DNA of 63,995 bases, counting the filler, from Caldilineae bacterium (GTDB lineage: Bacteria > Chloroflexota > Anaerolineae > DTLA01): assembly GCA_037446815.1 (NCBI GenBank). It is 3 parts of 3 records of this genome, joined end to end, with 100 filler letters (N's around TTAATTAATTAA, not from the genome) between each part and the next. Parts side by side here need not be neighbours in the genome. Positions count along the whole stretch, not along the records: positions 27,230 to 54,321 come from JBBIHX010000028.1; 2 more parts are not named here. One strand, 5' to 3'. A program made the position numbers and the translations under genes. This document shows, in pieces, positions 36,496-46,254 of the stretch (the first letter of the stretch is position 1; each line of letters starts with the position of its first letter). The notes under the pieces are model-generated. The model searched no databases. It was not told where the DNA came from and was given only the letters and a program-made list of their open reading frames with translations.

Positions 36496-38139
36496 GAACA
36501 CGAACGGGAAGATTAGCCGCGTGGTCTGCCGCAGGATGAGTAGGTAGACGTCCACACGCGGCACTTGGCCATCCCAAAACGGGTATGTTGACACGACGTG
36601 GAACTGCCCGCGGTACAAGCCCGGGGGCAGGGCGTCGGCCCCGGTCAGATGCAGCACGACCTGCTCGCCCGGCGCGAGGAGCCCGCCGGATGGTTCTACC
36701 CTCAGCCAGCCCTGGTCCGCTGGCACTGCCACGTGCCAGTCTATCACGCCGGTTCCGGTGTTGGTGAGCGTCAGCGATGCCTCAACCGCCTGCCCGGGCT
36801 CGGCGCGGATGATCCACTCCGTCGCCGATGCGGCCAGGTGCGGCCGATCCACAAGCCCCCACAGCGCGACCGCCGCGTCTATGCGCCCGTAGCCGTAGTA
36901 ATCGTTGCGCCCGCTGTCGTCGTAGGCGTAATCCCCGACCTGGGTGGCGCTGGCCTTCATGTGGGCTTCCACCTGCTCGTGGTTCCAGTCGGGCCGCAGG
37001 GCGCGAATCAGCCCCGCCAGCCCCGCCACGTGGGGCGAGGCCATGGACGTGCCGCTTTTGTACCCATAGGAGCCGCCGCGCAACGTGTTGTAGATGGACA
37101 CCCCAGGCGCGGCCAGGTCAACAAAGGCGTTGTACTCCGAGAACCCGGCCCGCTGGTCCGCCGAGTCGGTCGCGACGACGGAAATGACGTTCTCCATCGC
37201 GGCGGGATACATGATGGGGTTCACGGAACCGCACCACGATCCGCCGGTCGCGCAGTTGCCCGCCGCGGCCACAAGCAGCACGTCGTATTGCTCGGCCACG
37301 TAGTTGATGACGTCCTGCAGCATGCCGCTGTAGTCCGAACCGACGAGACTCATGTTCACAACACGCGCGCCGTTCTTGGCGGCGTAGTAGAGGCCGTCGG
37401 CCACGCTCCTATAGGAGCCCTTTCCCGACGAATCCAGCACCTTGACGGGCATGATTCGGCAACGCCACAGGACGCCCGTCACGCCGATGCCGTTGTTCCC
37501 GACGGCCCCGACGATGCCTGCCACGTGGGTGCCGTGGCCATGATCATCCACGGGGCAGCCGTCGTTACTAATCACGTTCCAGCCCCAGCGGTCGTCTATA
37601 TAGCCGTTGCCGTCGTCATCCACGTCGTTGTCGGCGATTTCCCCGAAGTTCTGCCACAGATTGCCCTGCAGGTCGAGGTGCTCCAAATCCGCGCCTGTGT
37701 CCAAGACGGCGATGACGATATCCCCATCGCCGCTCAGCACGTCCCACGCCAGGGGCGCGCGAATCTTCGTCAGTCCCCACTGGGTGCCGAACTGGGCGTC
37801 GTTGGGGGTAATCGTTGCGTGGACGAAGTACTCCGGCTCGGCCGCCACGCCATAGGCTTCGCGGAGGGCCCGGGCGATGGCTTCCTCCTGCCCCTCGGGA
37901 ACGGCAAGTTGCACCCAAGTGGGCAGGGCCTGCAACTTGTCCACAATCGGGTAGCCCGCCCATTCCCGCGCCTGCTCTGCCGACGACATCGCCTCGGCGG
38001 GCAGTTTCGCCCAGACGACGCCCGGGGTGTACCTCTGCGCGGGGGCCGGGGTGGGGGTTGGCGTTTCGCCGGATACCCGCCCGCCGACCGCTGCCGCCAC
38101 TAGGATTACAAGCAAGATTCGTATTGGAAGTCTGCGCAT
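36490..38139 (-). CDS. Secreted S8 (subtilisin-like) serine protease with C-terminal BACON/Ig-like domain
   Basis: Signal peptide. Catalytic triad motifs VLDTG, HGHGTHVAG, SGTSMASPHVAG. Confidence 0.92.
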   Translation of the reverse strand: MRRLPIRILLVILVAAAVGGRVSGETPTPTPAPAQRYTPGVVWAKLPAEAMSSAEQAREWAGYPIVDKLQALPTWVQLAVPEGQEEAIARALREAYGVAAEPEYFVHATITPNDAQFGTQWGLTKIRAPLAWDVLSGDGDIVIAVLDTGADLEHLDLQGNLWQNFGEIADNDVDDDGNGYIDDRWGWNVISNDGCPVDDHGHGTHVAGIVGAVGNNGIGVTGVLWRCRIMPVKVLDSSGKGSYRSVADGLYYAAKNGARVVNMSLVGSDYSGMLQDVINYVAEQYDVLLVAAAGNCATGGSWCGSVNPIMYPAAMENVISVVATDSADQRAGFSEYNAFVDLAAPGVSIYNTLRGGSYGYKSGTSMASPHVAGLAGLIRALRPDWNHEQVEAHMKASATQVGDYAYDDSGRNDYYGYGRIDAAVALWGLVDRPHLAASATEWIIRAEPGQAVEASLTLTNTGTGVIDWHVAVPADQGWLRVEPSGGLLAPGEQVVLHLTGADALPPGLYRGQFHVVSTYPFWDGQVPRVDVYLLILRQTTRLIFPFVFL

Positions 38140-38284
38140 TCTTTCACCCAGTTGTCTGAATTGCCTACACATACTACAATAACGCAGGTAAGGCTGTCAA
38201 GGCACGCGCATCATGCGCAGGGCAAGCGCCAAATTGCCCTACGCCGGTGACTGTGCGCCTGTAGCACTGTACACGGAGGAGGAC

Positions 38285-40114
38285 ATGAACGTCTACGCTG
38301 GCCGACTACTCACCATCAATCTGTCCACAGGCGAAGCGGCCACGGAGCCGATTCCCGAAGAGCAGGTGCGGACGCACCTGCTGGGCAGCGGGCTGGCCGC
38401 CGACCTGTACTACCGCCAGATGCGGCCCGACCTGGACCCGCTGGACCCCGCCAGCCCGGTGTACGTGATGACGGGCCTGTTCACGGGCACGATGCTGCCC
38501 ACCGGGTGCAAGTTCTCGGTGTGCGGGCGCTCGCCCCTCACCGGCGTCTGGAACGAGTCCACGGGGGGCGGGTACTGGGGGCCGGAGTTGCGCTTCGCCG
38601 ACTACGACGGCATCGCCATCGTCGGGCGCGCCGAACGGCCTGTGTACCTGTGGATCACCGAGGCGGGCGCGGAAATTCGCGACGCCGAACACCTGTGGGG
38701 GCTGGATTGCTACGAGGCCGTGGAGCGCATCCGCGGGGAGACGGACCCCAAGGCGCGCGTCATCGCCATCGGCCCCGCGGGCGAGCGACTGGTGCGCCTG
38801 GCCGCCATCATGGTGGACGGGCACGAGGCGCGCGCGGTGGGCCGCGGCGGAATGGGGGCCGTCTTCGGGAGCAAGAACCTGAAGGCCATCGCGGTGCGGG
38901 GGCACGGGCGGCCCACCTACAAAGATGAGGCGGCCCTCCGCGCCTCGGTTCGTGCGAAGAACAAGGTCATCCAGGAGCACACGGTCGGGTTCACGAAACT
39001 GGGCACGGCGGGCGGCGTGGCGCGGGCCGAGCAGAGCGGCGACCTTCCCATCAAGAACTGGCTCCAGGGATCGTGGCCCGACGGCGCGGCGAAAATCACC
39101 GGCCAGACCGTCGTGGAGCGGTACGAGGTCAAGCACTACCACTGCTTTGGCTGCCCCATCGGCTGCGGCAAACTGGTCCCCCTTGGGCCGCAGGGCGAGT
39201 ACATCCACGCGCCCGAGTACGAGACGGCAGGCTCCATGGGGAGCATGTGCCTGGTGGACGACCTGGAGAGCATCATCCGCGCCAACGACATCTGCAATCG
39301 GCTGGGGCTGGACACGATTTCCGTGGGCGCGGCCATCGCCACGGCCATGGAAGCCGCCGAGCGCGGGCTGCTGCCGCCGGAGATGACGCGGGGGCTTGAC
39401 CTGCGCTGGGGCAGCCGGGCAGCGTTGGTGGCCCTGACCGAGCAAATCGGCATGAACGAGGGCCTTGGGGCGTGGCTGGGGCAGGGCGTGCGCGCCTTCT
39501 GCCGCCGACTGGGCCCTGGGGCGCGCGACATGGACGTAACCGTGAAGGGGCTGGAACTTCCCATGCACGACCCGCGCGCGTACATCTCCATGGGCGCCAA
39601 CTACGCCACGGCCAATCGCGGCGCGTGCCATCTGGAGGCCATGTGCCATTGGCGGGGCGCGGCCGGCTTGCAGTTGCAGGACGTGTGGGCGCCCGAACCC
39701 TACGACGCCCACGCCAGCGCGGGCCAGGGCAAGATGGCCGCCATCTGGCAGAACTACCTGGCGACGTTCAACCCGCTGGGCCTGTGCAAGTTCAGCATCC
39801 GCGGGCCTGTGGAGCCGAAGGATGTGTGCGAGTGGCTGGGGCTGGCGCTGGGGTGGGACATCGCCCCGGCCGAACTGTTGCGCATCGGGGAACGCCTGTT
39901 CAACCTGAAGCGTCTTATCAATGTGCGGCTGGGCGTAACGGCGCGCGATGACACCCTGCCGCCGCGCATCCTTACCGTGCCGCGCGACAGCGGCGGGGCC
40001 GCGGGCGTGCTGCCCGACCAGGAGGTGCTCCTCGCGGAGTACTATGAGGAGCGGGGCTGGGACGCCAATGGCGTGCCCACGCTGGAGCGGCTGAAGGCGT
40101 TGGGGTTGGCCTAG
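38285..40114 (+). CDS. Aldehyde:ferredoxin oxidoreductase family protein (second copy)
   Basis: RSPLTG, GRGGMGAVFGSKNLKAI, CFGCPIGC, PEYET, GLDTIS, NRGACH, DDTLP. Confidence 0.92.
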   Translation: MNVYAGRLLTINLSTGEAATEPIPEEQVRTHLLGSGLAADLYYRQMRPDLDPLDPASPVYVMTGLFTGTMLPTGCKFSVCGRSPLTGVWNESTGGGYWGPELRFADYDGIAIVGRAERPVYLWITEAGAEIRDAEHLWGLDCYEAVERIRGETDPKARVIAIGPAGERLVRLAAIMVDGHEARAVGRGGMGAVFGSKNLKAIAVRGHGRPTYKDEAALRASVRAKNKVIQEHTVGFTKLGTAGGVARAEQSGDLPIKNWLQGSWPDGAAKITGQTVVERYEVKHYHCFGCPIGCGKLVPLGPQGEYIHAPEYETAGSMGSMCLVDDLESIIRANDICNRLGLDTISVGAAIATAMEAAERGLLPPEMTRGLDLRWGSRAALVALTEQIGMNEGLGAWLGQGVRAFCRRLGPGARDMDVTVKGLELPMHDPRAYISMGANYATANRGACHLEAMCHWRGAAGLQLQDVWAPEPYDAHASAGQGKMAAIWQNYLATFNPLGLCKFSIRGPVEPKDVCEWLGLALGWDIAPAELLRIGERLFNLKRLINVRLGVTARDDTLPPRILTVPRDSGGAAGVLPDQEVLLAEYYEERGWDANGVPTLERLKALGLA

Positions 40115-40161
40115 GCGGAGGTGCCCCAGGCGGCTGTCGCGGGTGGCCGTGGACGGGGCCT

Positions 40162-42681
40162 ATGCGCATGAAACGGTGGCTTGGCGGAAAACCGAGACTG
40201 TGGCGTGGGGTGTGTCTGGGCGCCCTCGCCGGCGGCGCGCTGGCCCTGGCGTTGGCGGCGGTCGCCGTCCTGTGGCCGCTGTCGCCTGAGCGGCTGCTGG
40301 CCGCCGCGCCGAGGCCCGCGACGCAGATTCTGGACCGCCATGGGCGCGTCCTCTACGAAATCCTGGATCCCAACGCCGGGCGCTATCGCCGCGTCCCGCT
40401 GGATGAGATTCCGCTGCACTTGCGCCAGGCGACCATTGCCACGGAGGACGCCACGTTCTACTCCAACCCAGGCGTGGACATCTGGGCCATCGCGCGGGCC
40501 GCGTACATCAACATCCGGGGCGGCGAGGTGCTGGCGGGCGGGAGCACCATCACCCAGCAGGTGGCGCGCACCCTGCTCATGTCGCCGGAGGAGCGTTCGC
40601 GCCGCACCCTGTGGCGCAAACTGAAGGAGAGTTTCCTCGCCTATCGCCTGGCCCGCCACCTCACCAAAGACCAGGTGTTGGAACTGTACCTCAACAACGT
40701 GTACTACGGCAACCTGGCCTATGGCGTGGAGGCGGCGGCCCACACGTATTTCGGCAAGCCCGCCCGGGAACTGGACTTGGCCGAGTGCGCGCTCCTGGCG
40801 GGGCTGCCCCAGTCGCCCTCGGCGTACAATCCGCTGGCCAATCCCGAGGCGGCCAAGGAGCGGCAGCGCGTCGTCTTGGGGCTGATGGCGAAGCAGGGGT
40901 ACATCACCGAGGCGCAGGCCGCCGAGGCCGCCGCGGAGACGCTGCACTTCGCCGCGTCGCCCTTTCCCATCGCCGCGCCGCACTTCGTCATGTACGTCCG
41001 CGAGCGCCTGGCCGCAATGCTGCCGGAGGAGACGCTCCGCAGCGGCGGGCTTCGGGTGTACACGACGCTGGACCTGGACGCTCAGCGCGCCGCCGAGGAT
41101 GCCGTGCGCCGCCACCTCCAGAAACTTGCCGAGCGCAAGGCCGGCGAACCCGACCATAACGTGCGCAATGCCGCCGTCGTGGCGCTGGACCCCCGGACGG
41201 GCGACATCCTGGTGATGGTGGGCAGCCCGGACTACTTCAACGCCGAGATTGACGGCGCGGTGAACGCGGCGCTCGCCCTGCGCCAGCCCGGGTCGGCCAT
41301 CAAGCCCATCACCTACGCCGCGGCGTTCACCCGCGACTACTCGCCCGCCACGATGCTGGTGGACACGCGCGAAGCCTTCACCACGCGCGAGGGCGACCCC
41401 TATGTCCCGCTGAACTACGACCTGCGCTTCCACGGGCCGGTCCTGCTTCGGCAGGCGCTGGCGTGCTCCTACAACCTCATCGCCGTGAAAGTGCTGCAAC
41501 ACATCGGCATTGACGCGCTGATTGACACGGCCCGCGCCCTGGGCATCACGTCGCTGGACGACAGCGAGCGGTGGGGGCTGGCGCTGACCCTGGGCGGCGG
41601 CGAGGTGAGCCTGCTGGAACTGACCCAGGCGTACGCCGCGTTCGCCAACGGCGGGCAGGTCGTCTCGCCGCGCGCTATCCTTCGCGTGGAGGACGCCCAA
41701 GGGCGCGTCATCGCCTCTTGGGAGCCGGCAGCGCCCCGCCAGGGGGTCTCGTCGCAGGTGGCGTTCCTCATCACGGACGTGCTCAGCGACAACACGGCGC
41801 GCGCGCCCGCCTTCGGCGAGGACAGCCCCCTGCGCCTGTCGCGGCCCGCCGCGGCCAAGACGGGGACGACCACCGACTGGCGCGACAACTGGACGGTGGG
41901 CTACACGCCGAACCTGGCCGTTGGCGTGTGGGTGGGCAACGCGGACAACTCGCCCATGCGCGACGTTTCGGGCATCACCGGCGCCGCGCCTATCTGGCAC
42001 GATGTCATGGAAGCGCTCCTGCGCGACCTGCCGGTGGCGACCTTCGCGCCGCCCGACGGGCTGGTGCGCGTGGAAATCTGCGCCGACTCGGGCCTCCTGC
42101 CCAATCCCGACTGCCCGCACCGTCGCCTGGAGTGGTTCATCCGGGGCAAGGAGCCGACGAAGGTATGCGACTGGCATCGCGCCGTGGAGATAGACCGCCT
42201 GTCGGGGCTGGTGGCCGGGCCGAATTGCCCGCCGGAATTCGTGGAGCGGCGCGTGTTCACCTTCTGGCCGCCCGAAGCGCTGGACTGGGCGCGCGCCGAG
42301 GGCCTTCCCATGCCGCCCAGCGCCGCGTGTCCGCTGCACCCGGGCGCGGCCGTGGACGTTCCCCAGGCGCAGGGCCTGGCGCTCATCTCGCCGGATCCGG
42401 GCGGCGTGTACCGGTTGAGCCGCACGCTCCCGCTGGGCGTGCAGGCCTTGGAAATCAGCGCGCGCCCCGTGGGCGGCGCGGGACTGGCCGAAGTAACGTT
42501 CTACCTGGACGGGAACGTCGTCGGGCGCGTGTCGGAGCCGCCGTACAGGGTCATGTGGCCCATGGAGCCGGGCGAGCATCTCGTGTGGGCAGAGGCGTCT
42601 CTGCCGAGCGGCGGCACGTTCGTCTCCGAGGCGCGCCGATTCACCGTCCTTCCCCCCGATGCGCCGCCAGCGGGCGGATAG
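40162..42681 (+). CDS. Class A penicillin-binding protein (PBP1C-like) with C-terminal Ig-like domain
   Basis: Transglycosylase motifs TEDATF, GGSTITQQVAR, RKLKE. Transpeptidase motifs SAIK, SYN, KTGT. Confidence 0.9.
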   Translation: MRMKRWLGGKPRLWRGVCLGALAGGALALALAAVAVLWPLSPERLLAAAPRPATQILDRHGRVLYEILDPNAGRYRRVPLDEIPLHLRQATIATEDATFYSNPGVDIWAIARAAYINIRGGEVLAGGSTITQQVARTLLMSPEERSRRTLWRKLKESFLAYRLARHLTKDQVLELYLNNVYYGNLAYGVEAAAHTYFGKPARELDLAECALLAGLPQSPSAYNPLANPEAAKERQRVVLGLMAKQGYITEAQAAEAAAETLHFAASPFPIAAPHFVMYVRERLAAMLPEETLRSGGLRVYTTLDLDAQRAAEDAVRRHLQKLAERKAGEPDHNVRNAAVVALDPRTGDILVMVGSPDYFNAEIDGAVNAALALRQPGSAIKPITYAAAFTRDYSPATMLVDTREAFTTREGDPYVPLNYDLRFHGPVLLRQALACSYNLIAVKVLQHIGIDALIDTARALGITSLDDSERWGLALTLGGGEVSLLELTQAYAAFANGGQVVSPRAILRVEDAQGRVIASWEPAAPRQGVSSQVAFLITDVLSDNTARAPAFGEDSPLRLSRPAAAKTGTTTDWRDNWTVGYTPNLAVGVWVGNADNSPMRDVSGITGAAPIWHDVMEALLRDLPVATFAPPDGLVRVEICADSGLLPNPDCPHRRLEWFIRGKEPTKVCDWHRAVEIDRLSGLVAGPNCPPEFVERRVFTFWPPEALDWARAEGLPMPPSAACPLHPGAAVDVPQAQGLALISPDPGGVYRLSRTLPLGVQALEISARPVGGAGLAEVTFYLDGNVVGRVSEPPYRVMWPMEPGEHLVWAEASLPSGGTFVSEARRFTVLPPDAPPAGG

Positions 42682-42683
42682 GG

Positions 42684-42746
42684 TTTCGTCTTGTGTTGGT
42701 GAACCGTAGGCGCACTTTCCTCGCGTGTCATTGCGAGCGAAGCAAT
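42684..42746. repeat. Dispersed repeat
   Basis: TTTCGTCTTGTGTTGGTGAACCGTAGGCGCACTTTCCTCGCGTGTC is a near reverse complement of 27230-27276 and shares its start with 1-17. Confidence 0.75.
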
Positions 42747-42773
42747 GCATCCTCACCCAACCTCACCCCCTCG

Positions 42774-43009
42774 ATTGGGCTTCAAGAATGGGCCCGAACC
42801 CGCTTGCGAAGGCGTAACCTCGGTCCGCTACCCGAATCTCTTCCGGCTGCGCCGGAAATCGGGCGAGCGTCTCCCCGCCGTGGACATCGGTAACCTCAAC
42901 GCCTGCCAGACAGCCTTGCCCTACATCCCAACAGAGATGTACACGCCAGTCCGTGCCCCGGCTCCCAGGTTGGCTTACCACTTGTCCAACAGTTAAGTTG
43001 CCGCATATG
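42774..43009 (-). mobile_element. Internally deleted IS4-family remnant (transposase fragment plus one probable terminal IR)
   Basis: Translates to SQPGSRGTDWRVH..D...VEVTDVHGGETLARF.....VADRGY (DDE_Tnp_1-like). IS-end-like CATATGCGGCAACTTAA begins at 43009. Confidence 0.75.
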
Positions 43010-43111
43010 GGAACGAGGGGGTGAGGTCAGGTGAGCCGCCCGATCTGTGCATCCCGTGGATACCGTTTCTGTCCGTGCAATCCGCGGATGACGCCGGCCC
43101 GCGCGCAGCCG

Positions 43112-43594
43112 CTACAGGAGCCACGAGCCAACGGCCAGCCCCACCATGGTAACCGCCGCCGCGAACTTGAGGACAACGCCGCCCAGGGTGCCCAGGAGCG
43201 CGCCCAGGCCGGCCCTGAACGCCTCGCGGCCCTTCTTCCCGCCGATGAGTTCGCCGGCCACGGCGCCCGCGAGGGGCCCGATGAGGATGCCCACGGGCTG
43301 CAGGATGAACAGCCCCAACACCCCGCCGACGATGGCGCCAACCACGCCCTTCCACGACGCGCCGGCGCGCTTCGCTCCGTAGGCCTGCGCCAGGTACACC
43401 AGGCCCTCCGTCGCCAGGGCAATGAGCGCCACTGCGCCTAACACCACTCCATCGGCCCAGGTCAGCCCGTCGGCGGCGGCCAGGAGCAGCGCGCCCGCGA
43501 CGATGAGCACGCTATCGGGGAAGTTGGGGATGATGGCCCCGATGAGTCCAACGAGCATGAGCACAAATGCCAGAACGGTCAGCGCAGTCGCCAT
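43112..43594 (-). CDS. DUF456 family membrane protein
   Basis: GLIGAIIP, YGAKRAGAS, GILIGPLAGAVAGEL. Confidence 0.85.
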   Translation of the reverse strand: MATALTVLAFVLMLVGLIGAIIPNFPDSVLIVAGALLLAAADGLTWADGVVLGAVALIALATEGLVYLAQAYGAKRAGASWKGVVGAIVGGVLGLFILQPVGILIGPLAGAVAGELIGGKKGREAFRAGLGALLGTLGGVVLKFAAAVTMVGLAVGSWLL

Positions 43595-43633
43595 GGCCTT
43601 CTCCTCTCGGAATCGGATCGCGCAAGCATAGGA

Positions 43634-45043
43634 TCACCCACCTTGAGACTCCAGCACGCGGATGGTCTTCCAGCGCCCGCGACGGAACATCCAGTACATC
43701 AGGGCCGCGCGCCCGCCCCAGTCCACTGCCGTCCCGAGCCAAACGCCCGCCAGCCCCCAGCCGAAGACAACGGTGAACAGGTAGACCGTGATGATGCGGA
43801 AGAAGATGGTGCCGATGAACGTAACGTACATGGGGCTTCGCGTGTCGCCGGCGCCGCGCAGCGCGCCGCCCAGCACCATCTGCACGGCCATGGATGCCTG
43901 CTCCAGCGCCGCCAGCCGCACGGCCATGCCCGCCAGGTCCACCACCTGCGGCGTGGCCCCGAAGATGGCGGCCAGCGAGCGCCCGAACAGCGCGAACACC
44001 AGCGCGATGCCGTTCATCACGATGAGGGCATACCGTAGAGACGTGCCAATGCTCTTTTCGGCCATGTCGGGCTTGTCCGCGCCCAGCGACTGGCCCACCA
44101 TCGTTGTGGCCGCGACCGAGAGGCCGAACCCGGGCATGAACGACAGCGACTCCACGGTAACCGCGATTTCATGTGCGGCGATGGAGTCGGTGCCTAGCGA
44201 CGATACGATGCGCGTGAAGGCGACGGAACCGGCGCGCAGGATGAGATTCTCGCCCGCCGCCGGCAGCGCCAGCCGAATCATCTCGGCGGCGATGCGGCCG
44301 CTCCACTGGAGGACGCGGCGCGGCTCCACGTGCACCAGGCGGCGGCCCGTGAACACAATCCACATGGCGAGCGCCCCGCCGACAATGCGGGCCGATGCGG
44401 TGCCGATGGCCGCGCCCCTGACCCCAAGCGAGGGCAGCGGCCCCACCCCGAAGATGAGGCTGTACGCGGCGAGCACGTTCCATGCGTTCATGGCCGCGGT
44501 AACGTACATCGGCGTCTTGGTGTCGCCGGCAGCGCGCATGACGCCGTTCACAACAGACAGCGGAAAGCCGAAGAAGGATGAGAGCAGAACGATGCGCATG
44601 TACAGGCTGCCGAGGCGCACGACCTCCGGCTCCACGCCCATGAGCCGCATGAGGCCCTCCGCATTGGGCCACATGAGGGTTGCCACGGTCGCCGCGGCCA
44701 GGACCGAAAGGGCAATGCCCTGTCCCGCGATGCGCTTCGCCAGGTCGTAGTTCTTCGCGCCCCACGCCCGCGCCACCATGGCCACCGTGCTGGTGGTGAG
44801 GGCGGAGAAGATGGATTCGGCGATGAAGACGAACATCCCGCCCAGGCTTACCGCCGCCAGGCTGGCCGGATGGTGCAGCCAGCCGATGAGCAGGGTATCC
44901 ACGAACCACACGACGGTGTACAGGAGGTTCTCAACCACGGCCGGGCCGGAGAGTTTGATGATATTGCGCGTGAGGTTCTCGTCGGTGAGAATCAGCCCCT
45001 GGTCTTTGGGTGCGGAAGGCTTGCTCAATGCGTCGCTCCCCAT
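43634..45043 (-). CDS. MATE family efflux transporter
   Basis: About 12 TM segments, RAAGDTKTPM, LRGAGDTRSPM, GLAGVW. Confidence 0.92.
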   Translation of the reverse strand: MGSDALSKPSAPKDQGLILTDENLTRNIIKLSGPAVVENLLYTVVWFVDTLLIGWLHHPASLAAVSLGGMFVFIAESIFSALTTSTVAMVARAWGAKNYDLAKRIAGQGIALSVLAAATVATLMWPNAEGLMRLMGVEPEVVRLGSLYMRIVLLSSFFGFPLSVVNGVMRAAGDTKTPMYVTAAMNAWNVLAAYSLIFGVGPLPSLGVRGAAIGTASARIVGGALAMWIVFTGRRLVHVEPRRVLQWSGRIAAEMIRLALPAAGENLILRAGSVAFTRIVSSLGTDSIAAHEIAVTVESLSFMPGFGLSVAATTMVGQSLGADKPDMAEKSIGTSLRYALIVMNGIALVFALFGRSLAAIFGATPQVVDLAGMAVRLAALEQASMAVQMVLGGALRGAGDTRSPMYVTFIGTIFFRIITVYLFTVVFGWGLAGVWLGTAVDWGGRAALMYWMFRRGRWKTIRVLESQGG

Positions 45044-45099
45044 GCGGTGCGGTTGGGGACATTATACCCTGGCGCCCGCGCCGCAACAAACCGCGCCGC

Positions 45100-45480
45100 G
45101 GCAACCGCGAATGGCGAAGCCGCGTCCGCGGATAACACGGATTGCGCGGATGGGGCAGAGTAGAGCGAATTGGCAACTGCTCCACACGAATAGGGTTTGG
45201 TTGGGGAGGCCGAAGGCCGGGGTGAGGCATGCCCGCGCGCCGGACGCCCGAGTCTAAAGCCTCGGGCTGAACGAGCAAAGCCCTGCGGGCTGTCAGCCCC
45301 GAAGGGGCTTCTGTCCGTAGCGCGGCGGCTTTAGCCCCGCGCGGGGCCGGCGTCATCCACGAATCTACATGAACGGAACGTGCGACGCACCTCCGAGGTG
45401 CGTCGCACGTTGAGCCGTGCTGATGTAGAAGCGACCGGCCGGTCGCCCTACATATGCGCCCACTGGCGCTTCGCCGCTCA
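45100..45480. repeat. Composite REP cluster
   Basis: Third copy of the 35-bp palindrome (45377-45411), a GTAG hairpin (~45425-45451), and GCGCGGCGGCTTTAGCCCCGCGCG (near-copy at ~47586-47610). Confidence 0.8.
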
Positions 45481-45517
45481 GACTTCCTTGCGGTGCGTAA
45501 CTCCGACCAACGAGGCG

Positions 45518-46225
45518 CTAATCGCCGCCGGGGCCCTCGCGCGGGGGCTCCACCGGCGCCCAGCCGCGACGGATGGCACACAGCGCCGCTTCGGTGCGGG
45601 AGCGCACGCCCAGTTTGCCGTAGATATTCCCCAGGTGCACCTGCACCGTGCGCACCGAGATGCACAAGCGGCGGGCAATCTCCTTGTTGCTGGCGCCCGT
45701 GGCGACGAGCCGCAGGACCTCCATCTCGCGGTCGGTGAGCGGCTCGGGGAGGTCTACGTCGTGAGCGCCCGCTCGGGCATGCTCGCCTGCGGCCAGTCTG
45801 CGCATCATGGCGCGCATCGCCCGCGCGTCCAGCGCCGGTTCCCCGCGCGCCACGGCGCGGATGGCCGCCAGAACATCGGCCAATCGGGCCGACTTGACGA
45901 TGTACCCCTCCGCGCCCGCCTCCAAGAGCGCCAGGATGTGCCGCTCGTCCTCGTGGGCGGTCAGCGCCAGGATGCCCGCCTCGGGGCACTGGTCCAGAAT
46001 CGTGCGCGTCGCCTCCAGGCCGTCCATCTCCGGCATCTCTATGTCCATGAGGATGACATCGGGGCGCAGGAGCATGGCAAGGCGCACCGCTTCAACCCCG
46101 GTGCGCGCCTCGCCCACAACCTCCATGTCCGGCTGCAGGTTCAGGATGTCCCGCAGGCTTTCCCGCACGACGGTGTGGTCATCGGCCAGCAGGACGCGAA
46201 TCTTGTCCGAGGCCACCGACCCCAT
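45518..46225 (-). CDS. NarL/LuxR-family response regulator
   Basis: [35 protein letters not shown]. Confidence 0.93.
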   Translation of the reverse strand: MGSVASDKIRVLLADDHTVVRESLRDILNLQPDMEVVGEARTGVEAVRLAMLLRPDVILMDIEMPEMDGLEATRTILDQCPEAGILALTAHEDERHILALLEAGAEGYIVKSARLADVLAAIRAVARGEPALDARAMRAMMRRLAAGEHARAGAHDVDLPEPLTDREMEVLRLVATGASNKEIARRLCISVRTVQVHLGNIYGKLGVRSRTEAALCAIRRGWAPVEPPREGPGGD

Positions 46226-46254
46226 GGCGCTCCCCCTTGCCGCACGCGCGTGTC

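Noticed and set aside
40111..42756. Long antisense and alternate-frame ORFs (for example 40111-42756, 5072-7123, 16637-18769, 47354-49282)
   Set aside because: They are shadows of real genes caused by high-GC codon bias, with no recognisable motifs.
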